A stretch of 64,000 bases of DNA from Selaginella moellendorffii. Taxonomy: Eukaryota; Plantae; Lycopodiophyta. Numbering within the stretch: position 1 is the first letter of the stretch; each line of letters begins with the position of its first letter. The notes below the pieces were generated by a model. That model made no database searches. It was not told where the DNA came from and saw nothing but the letters and a program-made list of their open reading frames with translations. Position numbers and translations under genes: made by a program. The stretch is taken from assembly GCF_000143415.4 (NCBI RefSeq), contig NW_003314349.1, positions 195,172-259,171 on the forward strand, written 5' to 3'. This document shows positions 25,751 to 37,260 of this stretch, in pieces.

Positions 25751-26656
25751 AAGTGTGAGATTTTCTCATCATTACACTAGTAAAGGAATACACTATAAAA
25801 ACAGAAAGTAGAGAGTATACAATTGTCATTCAAAATCTTCTTTCTTGCATATGTCTAGACTTTACGAAACCCGAGGAACATGGGAAGGCATATGCTTCTT
25901 ACAAGTATATGTACTACATTTTTATTCACATCTTACACCAGGATCATAAAGTGGATATTTATATACATCAAGAAAGTATTACTATTGTTAGTTGTAAAAG
26001 ACTTTTGGAGTTAATTAGATTTTTCAAGAATATTAATGTTTATTCTCTATTGATAATATAAATTTATTATAATTTATATAATTAATAAAAAAATTAAATT
26101 TTCATTTGATATACTTGTAAGTGTTCTTTTTACAATATTGCCTATAATACTCGTGTGTCTCCATTTCTATCTTTACCATCTCAAAAAATATTTCATGGTA
26201 GTTTTTCGAGTGCATGATATTGCAGTGTGTTGCAAAAGTATATATACTATCATATTGATCATCGCCATTATTTCCACCACAAGCCAGAAAATATATAAAG
26301 CATTTCTTGAAAGTCATAGAATTGCAATTTTCTAAAACAAGTAGGAGAACATTCCTTTTCACCCAATTTATTACACCATTTGTCATTGTATTTATCTTCA
26401 ACTCATAATTATTATTTTCACTATCCTTTCTTTATTTTTCTTGTATGGTTTAGTTGTATTGCGCAATGGGATGATTATTATAGCTTCTAGCCCTTGAATT
26501 ATAACTCTAAGTTAAATTACCAATATTAAAACCCATAAATTTATAAATTTTAGAAACTATGCTATGATAATGTAAGCTCCTGAATTTGAACTCTAAGTTA
26601 AATTACCAATATTAAAACCCATAAATTTATAAATTCTAAAAACTATGTTATGATAA

Positions 26657-26850
26657 TATAAGCTCCTGAATTTGGACTTCCCGGGAGGTCACCCAGCCTA
26701 GTACTATTTAAACCTAAGGACGCTTAACCCCAAATATCCTAAGACCCTTAATCGATTGGAAAAGGGGGTGCACTCTTGTTCATAGGCCCTTTCCCTTTAT
26801 ATTTGAACCCCATGGGTTGTCTTTCGAGTTGTTCCCTTTGGTTGCTTACA
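26657..26850 (-). mobile_element. Cassandra solo LTR
   Basis: - strand reads gttaagcgtccttagg..tagtactaggctgggtgacctcccgggaagtcc (5S A/C boxes). Same family as 18183-18850. TSD GATAA at 26652-26656 and 26851-26855. Confidence 0.88.
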
Positions 26851-27049
26851 GATAAATCCCTTAGGAATGTATTCTAAAGAAAATCCAAATCTTTCTTTTA
26901 TATGCAACAAGTTTATTAATGGTTTTCTTTTCTTTCAAACGGTTATATGACTTTATATAGAATCTTATTTCAAATTTAATTCTGAATTTAAATTTTTTAA
27001 ATTCTAATAAATTTGATATTTACTAGCCAGAAAGTCCAGAGTACAGATT

Positions 27050-27976
27050 TAAGGAAGTGGTTGTAAGCCACAAATTTTTCCTTTCTAATTCACCAGCTTA
27101 CTTCGTGTATTTGACCACCACTACTTTAGCCTTAATTAAGTTTCTTTACCAAGGTTCTTGCTTATTGTACCAACTCCTACTTGGTTTAAACAACTCACTA
27201 CATGAGCAACAAAGCATTAATCATCCATCCATGGATTCTCAAATTTTCTCTCAATCCCCCTCTTTAGGTTAAACTGAACTTAAAGTTCAGTTATGCTCCC
27301 TGCAAGTACAAACAGCCAAGCACACCAAATCTCTAAATTCCTAACATCTTTTGGTATAACAAAATTTGATTATGAAACTCTCTAAATCCCAAGCCTTGGG
27401 TGCATTACTTGCTTTGGGACACTAGGGGGAAACACCATAGCCTAACAGCTCAATATAAGTACACTTACTCCCCCACTTCCATCTTGAAGGGAAGGCCCAA
27501 GCCTCTGGGAAGGAGTGAGGACCAATGAGTCACAAGGTACTCAAATGGGGCACCACTCTACATGAGTCGGAAGCACTATAGTTTATTTCCCTTCTGGAAG
27601 TGAAAATTGCTCTTAAGCACTTTTCAAGTGGCTTTTTTGGCACCACCTAACTCAATGTCTAAAGCCCTTAACCCCCAAACTTAACTTTAAGTCAATTTGA
27701 AAGCACCATTAAAGAGTTTCTTTAAGATTAGTTCCTAAGCCTCACTATTCCTACTGTACTTTTGAAGCCCCCCCCACAAGAGACACATGCTTTGGGCTTT
27801 CACCCTATGATTTGTATTAGTATTTAGACTTAGTTTTGGACTCCGTCTCAAACTCAATCTTAGACCTAATCTTGAATGTCAAACTCAATCTCGAACTTGG
27901 TCTTGGACTTGGTCTTGAATTCGGTCTCGGAGTCAGTATTAGAGTTAATCTCGAACTCAGTCTCAGAGTCAGTCTT
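27050..27976 (-). mobile_element. LTR-retroelement remnant (PPT near 27767-27776, decayed hexamer repeats 27830-27976)
   Basis: - strand gggtgaaagcccaaagcatgtgtctcttgtggggggggg resembles the PPT at 32230-32277. It abuts a truncated ABCG. Confidence 0.5.
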
Positions 27977-28335
27977 GAATTGCCAAAAGGCTTTTGGAAA
28001 TATCCAATGCATTATATAGCATTTCAAACATATTTACTTCAGGTAAACAAATACTATTTATTTTCTTGAAACTAAAAAAATTATAATAGGGTCTTTATGA
28101 AAATGATTTTCAAGGGCTTGAGTTTGATAATAATGATATTTCTGAAGGAAAGCTATCAGGAACAACAATTCTTAAACAGTATCAAGTAGATCTCTCAAGA
28201 TCTAAATGGTTGAACTTTATAATCCTGTTAAGCATGATTTTGGTTTATTGAGCAATTTTTATTACTATCATCAAACTCACTCAGCTCATAGATGGGAAAA
28301 CTAAAATTAATACCTCTAAGAAAACAAATGCTTAA
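27977..28335 (+). pseudogene. ABCG 3' fragment (last two exons)
   Basis: [22 protein letters not shown]|GLYENDF.., matching 36335-36698. 5' part replaced by the retroelement remnant. Confidence 0.85.
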
Positions 28336-28903
28336 AATTAAAAGTATGGATTCGTGAGCTTGTCATTCATGTTTCACTTGTCGTATTTGTAAATGATCTT
28401 CTGGCAGTCTGATGCATTAGTAATCATAATTTTATAAAAACTTTATGTGTCACCCAAATTGTCTTCAACCTTCACCTAACTTTTGGGTGGGGCGAGTTCA
28501 AATGCAAATTGAGAACTGGAACACAATATGCTTTTGTAAGAAATGCCTTTGTAAGCAATTTGATTGCTTCGTAATTATCTTTTGAGTCAGCCAAATGCCT
28601 TAGTCATGTAATTAGTGACACCCATGAATGGGATTCCCACTGCCCCTATCAATATCTTCATGTTCAGATCATTAAGAAAATTTACCTCGTGTTTGTCTGG
28701 AGATTCCCATTGGATCCTTCTCACCTCACAATCTACCTGTGATGAACGACAATGCAAGAATCTTGGTCTCAAACACGTGATCAATCTTTAGAGAGTCTTG
28801 CGAAGTCACTGAAGGACTCGTTGACTTTGGAGATGGGTTGCGTAAAGTACACACAAACTTTTGTTTGAATTGATGCAAAACGAATATACTAGTACATAGA
28901 ACC

Positions 28904-30960
28904 CTAGAATCGAAAGGTAACGAGCTCGGGATCAATGCCGGCGGGCGCCGTGCTGCCCTGGCCTGGATCGTGAGCCAGTTGCTTGACAATCGCCATAGCG
29001 GTACCCAGGTAATCTTTGTGCTGCTGGAGCAGCGGGAGTTTGGTCCATTCCTTGTGTAATGTTGCCTTGGCGGTGGTGTTGATGCTGTTCTTCTCCTCGT
29101 ATTTCCAGTTCCCAGTCTGCCACTCGAATTCGTAGAGGGGGAGAAAGCGCTGGCCATAGTCCGCCACGAACTCTATGGCGCACAGCAAGAAATGGAACTC
29201 TTCCATGGAGAGGAAGTATGCGAAGTTCAAGCGCGTCCATCCAGGTTTGACACCGCTATATCCCTGTGAGAGAAAAAAAAGTTCTTTCCTCGTTAGAAAA
29301 ACCTCCTTGGTGAAAACTTCTATTGTTTTGCTTCTCAACCTCTTGAATTGCTGCTCGAAATTTCAGGGAGAGCTCATCACTGACTTTGAGAAGCGAGTGG
29401 CCGTAAGGACCAGCACACGAGCACCCTCCTCTCGACTGGATCCCAAACAAATCGTTGAGGAGCTTGGCTACAAACCGGCCTTGCAGCACGGTTTGCTGGA
29501 TTCCACCGTTGGAATCAGTGGTCCGGACGAGGAACGAGACGATTGCTGCTCGTTTCACTTGCGTGTTCCCGAGCACCACTATCTTTCGGTTCTTGGACAA
29601 CCGTTTCAACGCGGTGGTGATGAAGTTGTGCTCTCTCGACTCGATGAGACGGTATCCCATTTCTTCTTGGACAGTGAAGACAATCCCGGCTTTTATCCGC
29701 TGGAGTATGGAAGGTGTTCCAGCGTCTTCTCGGCTTTCAATGTCCTCCAGGTAGAGCGTGTCCTGGTATGAGTTTGTTTAGTGTTGGTTTACTTTTTTCT
29801 TTCACTGGAAAGGGAACTGACCTCTTTGTTGTAGTTGACGAAGTCTACCACTCCTCCGCCTGTTGTCGACGGTGCGTGATCCTTGAGCTTGTAAAGCTTT
29901 TTGTTCATGCAAAGCAGGCCCGGTGTTCCTGGCCCTCCGACATACTTGTGTGGACTCAGCATCACAGCATCATATCCATCAGCTTTTCGCGATCGCATGT
30001 CGATCTTCACGTATGGACCGCTGTTGATCAGATTAGCTTATTTTCGTCCTTGGTAAAAGATCTCGTCTTACCAGCTTGCGAAATCAAAACATGCTAATGC
30101 TCCATGTTTGTGTAGAAGGCGAGCGATGGCTCTAGTGTCCACTAAAACTCCCGTGACATTACTGCAAGCGGAGAAGGAACCCAGCTTTGGACGATCTGCG
30201 TGCTTGGGATTTTGTAGCTCCTCTTCGAGGTACTTCATGTCAATCAATCCATCCTCGGTCATTGGAACTTGAATAACCTGTGGTTTAAACAGCTGACAGA
30301 TTGAAAGAAACGAAAAAGTCCAACCTCGGCAAGACTTTGGCTCCAGGGAAGAATGTTGGAATGATGTTCGTATGGGCCTATGAACACCAGCCATCTCTTC
30401 CTGTCATCGATCGCTGCCACGGCTGACTCTCTTATTTGGGGCGGCACAGACAAGCCCAAAAGTTCGTGGAGCTTTTTCACAGCTGCAGTGGTTCCAGAGC
30501 CGCAGAAAAAGAGAGCATCATCCTCGGTTCCTCCCAGGGACTCCTTGACATAACTCGTGGCCAGTTTCACCATCCGGGTGGTCTTCTCTCCAACGTAGCT
30601 GTCCTCGGCATGCGTGTTCCCTGAAACAGAATGCAGCGGGTCCAGATGTGCAGAAGAGAATTCACGGCTTCACTCACCGTAGGACGGCATGACGTGCTTG
30701 ATGAGGAAGTTTTCAATATAGAACAAGCAGCGGCCAGAGGCAGTGTAATCGGCATAAGTGAGAAGCCTGCTGCCGAATGGTGTGGAGATTTGGAGCTGGG
30801 AGCCAATGATCTGGGATCTGAGCCAAACACACTTTTGCTCATCGTCAGAGGGGCTGAAGAACTTGAAAGGATTGGGCTTGAAGTTTGGCTGCCAATCCTC
30901 CTCGATGCTGGGAGTTATGTTGCTGATCTTGGAAGCCAACTTTGAAGCAAAGCACTTCAT
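28904..30960 (-). CDS. Aminotransferase class-V / cysteine-desulfurase-like PLP enzyme, copy B (6 exons)
   Basis: YADYTASGR, YGNTH, GSGTT, EHHSN, SACSNVTG, FDFA, PLP-lysine SPHK, EDAGTP, SufS-like RGGCSCAGPYG, KPGWTRLNF. Five GT-AG introns splice in frame. Confidence 0.88.
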
Positions 30961-31157
30961 TGTCTTATTGGTGAGCACTCTCCTGATATGTTCACTACTT
31001 ATAATTTGTAGTGAATTTTGTGGTAGCAAGATCTCACTACCCGTAGTATTTGTATAGTTTGGTTGTCAAGCTTAACAAATTCTAAGGGATTTGTCACCTG
31101 AGTGGGCTTGATTATGAAGTCTTAGTCTTTTGTTGATCTTGTAGATATTTGAAGGTA

Positions 31158-31755
31158 CTATTCAAAATTAAGGATGTTATATCCTAAGATTTTTAACTAA
31201 TTGGAAAAAAAGTGCATTTTTATTTATAAGCACTTCCTTTTTATATTTGAACATTGTCTCTCAAGTCGTTTTCTTTAGTTATTTACAACTACCATGCTTC
31301 CTTATAGGCTTTCTCGTGAACGGAAGTTGAGAGTCATAGCTCTTTCAAGAGCCCCACTCTCTTGACACCTCGGGTCAAACTCACATTGGGGTAAACTAGA
31401 CTTGAATCTCAACATGTAGTGTGATAAGTCTAAATATCAATCTCAATATTGATTGAAAAAGAAAGGTGCACTCTTATTCATGGGCTTTTCTTTGTATATT
31501 TGAACCCTTATAGATTGTTTTTTAAGTCGTTCTCTTTGGTTGTTTATAATCCACCATGCTTCTTTGTAAACTTCCTCATAAACGAAAGTCAAGAGTTGTA
31601 GCTCTCCCAAGAGGCTTGCCCTCTTGACACCCTACTCCTCAAGTCGAGTCCATTCGAAGGTAAACTGGACCAAACTTCCTTGTAAGCTTCCTCATGAATA
31701 GAAGTCAAGAGTTGTAACTTTCCTAAGAGGTTTGTTTTCTTGATACCCTACCCCA
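31158..31755 (-). mobile_element. Cassandra-derived tandem LTR/internal array (also 32747-33520, 39524-40120, 41109-41707, 44886-45841)
   Basis: Reverse-complement similarity to the LTR and internal region of 18183-18850. 45661-45841 keeps the 5S-like segment. Confidence 0.7.
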
Positions 31756-32223
31756 CGATGGCAGAAGGTCAGTATTGTTGGACCCGTTATTAGTCTCTGC
31801 CTAAGCTAGTTGAGAAACTGGTCATCACATGTGCACTTAGACCGGAAGGGCACTAAGGAAGGAAATCCTAAGTTGTCATTTACTCAAGCAGACTTGACAC
31901 GGTGATGAGAAACTCATGATGTTGGCTGGCACTTGCTAGAGTTAGAAACCCCCGCGATATTGAGCTTGGTCCCTCAATATCGCTAGATGATAGCTTACCG
32001 TGTCTGCCAAACACCCTCGCTATCATGCCCTTAGCATTAGTCTCATTTCGGTCCAAAATGCTATTTATGGAAAGTATCCAGATTTGCTCATTTGGCATAT
32101 TTACGGAATGTAGAGATCGTCCTGAACACAATGGTGTTCGTCCCATGTCCAAATTCGCAATTTAGGGACATTCCATATTTAATAAGTTTCAAGCTTGTCC
32201 CAGAGACTAACTCATGATACTAA

Positions 32224-32746
32224 GGGAGGCTTGGGGTGAAACCTCAAAGCATGTGTTCCTCAAAGGGGGGGGGGGGCTGTAAGGGGTTCCAAATGTATAG
32301 TAGGGATAGTGGGTAGGTCGGGCATGGCCGACCAACCTGAGGCATAGTCTAGCTCCCGCTTGCGTGCCTGTCCTTGTTCTGCGTCCGGCTTGGGTCTAAG
32401 CCTAAGTTCCATTCCATGCTAGTTGGTGGAGTACCCATATCTTCACGTTAGACCACTGGTATGCCGAAATAGCGCCAGACTCCGTTTGGCTCCATTTGCT
32501 CCTTGGGCTTTATGCTTGGGAGTTGCTCCGTGGTACGGTTTCGTCACTCCATGGCATCATGCTTGGGAGTTTGGCACCGTTCCTTCGTTCAGTGGCCCAA
32601 GGCCCTGAACCTCGGGTTCCTATGGACACGTGGCATGTGACACATGGCATCTGTCACGTGGCACAAAGAGGGTTTAGGTTCCGCTTCGTGGTGTTATCCT
32701 ATGGTAAATCACCATAGGATAAAGGGTCAAAACCACGTGCGCTACA
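32224..32746 (+). mobile_element. PPT + 3' LTR (TGT 32278..ACA 32746) of an LTR retrotransposon
   Basis: Poly-G PPT directly before a 469-bp TG..CA unit. Second copy at 40640-41108. Confidence 0.7.
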
Positions 32747-33521
32747 ACTATTCAAAATTAAGGATGTTATATCCTAAGACTTTTAACTAATTGGAAAAAA
32801 AGTGCATTTTTATTCATAGGCACTTCCTTTTTATATTTGAACATTATCTCTCAAGTCGTTTTCTTTAATTATTTACAACTACCATGCTTCCTTATAGGCT
32901 TTCTCGTGAACGGAAGTTGAGAGTCATAGCTCTTTCGAGAGCCCCACTCTCTTGACACCGCGAGTCAAACTCACGTTGGGGTAAACTAGACTTGAATCTC
33001 AACATGTAGTGTGATAAGTCTAAATATCAATCTCAATATTGATTGAAAAAGAAAGGTGCACTCTTATTCATGGGCTTTTCTTTGTATATTTGAACCCTCA
33101 TAGATTGTTTTTTAAGTTGTTCTTTTTGGTTGTTTATGATCCACCATGCTTCCTTGTAAACTTCCTCATAAACGAAAGTCAAGAGTTGTAGCTCTCCCAA
33201 GAGGCTTGCCCTCTTGACACCCTACTCCTCAAGTCGAGTCCATTCGAAGGTAAACTGGACTAAACTTCCTCGTAAGCTTCCTCATGAATGGAAGTCAAGA
33301 GTTGTAACTTTCCTAAGAGGTTTGTTTTTTCTTGATACCCTACCCCTCGGGTCGAACCTACTTGGAGGCAAACTAGACCTACCAAATGTCAATTTTAACA
33401 TATGGTGTGACATGTGCAATTGAGGCTTACCAAATGTTAATCTCAATATATGGTATGATTCCCCTAGTTAACCAACAAAAATCTTAACATGTGGCATGAT
33501 TTCCCTAGTTAACCAACAAAG

Positions 33522-33824
33522 TTAAACTTGAAATCCCTCTATGAGAACCTTTTCATTCAGGAGCATTGACTCGTACTTGACCGGGATGAGCAATCTGTGC
33601 AGGCTATTCACGTCGCTGGCAGTCAGCTTCTTGCCAAATAATAAAGCCCAACGAGATGGATCGCAGGTGACGAGAGGATCCTCGCGTTTCTGGGGTCTCC
33701 ACTTGTGACACTTCGATTTCTTGGTGTCTCCCACCGCTTGAATCGCGCCATCTTCACCAGAGGAGGAGGAATCTTTCACCTCATCAGTCCTTGAACTGAA
33801 ATCTCGATTGCCCATCGTCTTCAC
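33522..33824 (-). pseudogene. Captured B3 DNA-binding-domain gene fragment
   Basis: LLFGKKLTASDVNSLHRLLIP matches the B3 N-terminal consensus. It is truncated by Cassandra-derived sequence. Confidence 0.6.
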
Positions 33825-34255
33825 AAGTGCCTAGTGGATTATGTCCTATTTTTCCAATTCAATTTAGGAGAAATATAGTCAAGGAAACAACATGTTTTGT
33901 CAAGCTTGACAAATTCTAAGGGACCCACTACCTAAGTGGGCTTGATTATGAAGCCCTTGTCTTTTGTTGACCCTTAGAGATATTTGAGATGTGATATGGA
34001 AGAACTTAATGGGGAGTTGCCATTGGGAAAGACAAGGGAGTGGTCCTTGGAATGCCAAATTTCCTGAGAAGATGACACTTGAGAGTTTCGAGAATTTCGA
34101 GACTTTTGGACAGACTTTGAATGGGAACAACACAAGAAAGAAACTAAACAATACTTTACACTATTAATCTCCTATGAATCTAAGATCTTACTGTGTTACA
34201 GTAGCTGAAAGTCCAAGTCCAACTTGGAGAGCTATAAATCTTATCCAAAGTTTTC

Positions 34256-36698
34256 ATGAGAAAGGAGAACAGATATATTATTATGGATGTCACATGGAAG
34301 GAATTGAGTGTGAGTGTGAGCAATGGGCGGGTGTTGCTGGAGAGTATGTGTGGCTATGCCCAGAGTGGCCAAATCACGGCGATCATGGGTCCTTCAGGAT
34401 CCGGAAAGTCCACCTTGCTCGATGCGCTTGCTGGTATAGTTTTCCAAGATTGATTTGGGTTTGGGCAATAGATTAAAGCTCCAGATTCTTGCATTGTCAT
34501 TCATCACAGGTAGATTGGCCAAGAACGCAAGGCGAGAAGGATCCATTTTTGTGAATGGGAATCTCCAGACGAACATGAGACATGGGACTGCGGTGTGTAT
34601 ATAAACATTTGATTCTGTGATTCTCAAACTTTCTGTCATAGGCCTATGTGAAACAAGAAGATGTTTTGCTAGGAACACTCACTGTCTTGGAGACAATCAC
34701 TTACTCTGCTCAATTGAGGCTGCCTCACTCGCTGCCGCAAAGCCAAAAGATGGAGATGGTTGAGAGTGTGATCACTGAGATGGGGCTTGGAGATTGCAAG
34801 CATACAGTGGTGGGAGGTTGGTTCTCGCGTGGATTGAGCGGAGGGGAGAAACGAAGAGTGAGCATTGCTCTGGAGATTCTAACTCAGCCATCTCTTTTGT
34901 TCATGGACGAACCAACCAGTGGTTTAGACAGGTGAATATTTCGGTTTATCGTAATTTTTATTTGATGTTTTTCTTTGCAGTGCATCCGCGTTTTATGTGA
35001 TTAAAACAATTAAGAACCTAGCTACTTCAAAACGCACCGTTATTATGTCAATTCACCAGCCAAGTAGCGAAGTGTTTGAGCAGTTTGATAATCTTTGCCT
35101 ACTATCTCAGGGAGCACTTATATATTTTGGAGATGCCATGGAAGCTAGCACGGTACTTTTCTCAAATTTGATATTATTTATGTTTTATATTTTATTTTAG
35201 TTCTTCGAGTGTGCTGGATTTCCTTGTCCTCTCCGAAGAAATCCATCAGACCACTATCTTAGAGTTATTAATTCCGATTTTGACAATGTTCAAAACAAAT
35301 TTAAGGTATTCATTTGTACTGTTTTCTAGAGATTTTTTTTCTTAATAGTCATCTTAATCTGAACAGGAAGATATTGAAACTGAGGAAATAATTCCATCTT
35401 CTGAAGCAATCAAAGCACTTACAAATGCATTTCAAAATTTGCATTTAAGCTCCCTCCACACAAAAGTTGACATTCTTTGTGTGACTAAGGTGAACCTTCT
35501 AAACAGTTTGTGTGACACACCTGGTGCAAAGGTAAATGACTTGATTTTTTAAAATCTTATGATTACTAATGGATTATTATTTATAGAATGAATGCATCCA
35601 GATGCCTCAAGCAGGAGTTCTCCATCAGCTTTCCACGTTAACTAGAAGATCATTTCTAAATATGACAAGAGATATTGGATATTATTGGCTGAGAATCTTT
35701 GTGTACTTTATGCTTAGCATCGTTATTGGCAGTATATATTTTAATGTCGGCATTAAATACAACTCCATTGCAGTAAGAGAATACCAAAAAAAATTCCTAA
35801 CCATGGTTAAGCTTGTTTGGTTTTCTTTAGGCAAGGATTGGCTGTATGGCTTTTATTGGTAAATTTCTTACATTCATGTCAATTGGAGGTTTTCCATCTT
35901 TCATTGAAGAGATTAAGGTATGGGATAGTTCTAGAATTGTTTTGTTTTCATATCCAATGCTATTTTCTTCAGGTTTTTAATCATGAGAAACAGAATGGTT
36001 ACTACGGTCCCATTATGTTTACTCTCGCAAACACACTCTCTTCCATTCCTTATCTCCTTCTTATTTCGTTGATATCAACAAGCGTGTTTTATAATATGGT
36101 TAAACTTCACCCAGGCTTTGATCACTTCATATTTTTTGTGTTGAACTTATTTGCATCTGTGACTGTGGTGGAGAGCTTGATGATGTGTGTAGCCTCAATT
36201 GTTCCCAATTTTCTCATGGGAATAATTACAGGATCTGGAATCTTGGTAAAATCTCTTTATATTTCTTAAACCGTTTCTAATATGATTTTTCAGGGGTTAT
36301 TCATGCTTGTTGACGGATTTTTTAAACTTGCTAATGAACTGCCAAAAGGCTTTTGGAAATATCCAATGCATTATATAGCATTTCAAACATATTTACTTCA
36401 GGTAAACAAATATTATTTATTTTCTTGAAACTAAAAAAATTGATAACAGGGTCTTTATGAAAATGATTTTCAAGGGCTTGAGTTTGATAATAATGATATT
36501 TCTGAAGGAAAGCTATCAGGAACAACAATTCTTAAACAGTATCAAGTAGATCTCTCAAGATCTAAATGGTTGAACTTTATAATCCTGTTAAGCATGATTT
36601 TGGTTTATCGAGCAATTTTTATTACTATCATCAAACTCACTCAGCTCATAGATGGGAAAACTCTGATGTTTAGGACCTCTAAAAAAATAAATGCTTAA
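34256..36698 (+). CDS. ABCG (WBC) half-transporter, ABCG11/12/15-like, copy 1 (11 exons)
   Basis: Walker A GPSGSGKS, signature LSGGEKRR, Walker [13 protein letters not shown]-loop [43 protein letters not shown]. All introns are GT-AG and the frame is intact. An additional upstream exon cannot be excluded. Confidence 0.9.
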
Positions 36699-37260
36699 AA
36701 TTAAAAGTATGGCTTTGTGAGCTTGTCATTCACGTTTCACTTGTCATATTTATAAATGATCTTCTGGAGCTGCATTAGAATCATAATTTTATAAAAACTT
36801 TATGTGTCACCCAAATTGTCTTCAACCTTCACCTAACTTTTGGGTGGGGCGAGTTCAAATGCAAATTGAGAACTGGAACACAATATGCTTTTGTAAGAAA
36901 TGCCTTTGTAAGCAATTTGATTGCTTCGTAATTATCTTTTGAGTCAGCCAAATGCCTTAGTCATGTAATTAGTGACACCCATGAATGGGATTCCCACTGC
37001 CCCTATCAATATCTTCATGTTCAGATCATTAAGAAAATTTACCTCGTGTTTGTCTGGAGATTCCCATTGGATCCTTCTCACCTCACAATCTACCTGTGAT
37101 GAACGACAATGCAAGAATCTTGGTCTCAAACACGTGATCAATCTTTAGAGAGTCTTGCGAAGTCACTGAAGGACTCGTTGACTTTGGAGATGGGTTGCGT
37201 AAAGTACACACAAACTTTTGTTTGAATTGATGCAAAACGAATATACTAGTACATAGAACC

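Noticed and set aside
26503-26674. 86-bp tandem duplication (also a ~39-bp one at 52590-52670)
   Set aside because: Local slippage at a TE edge; no sign of function.
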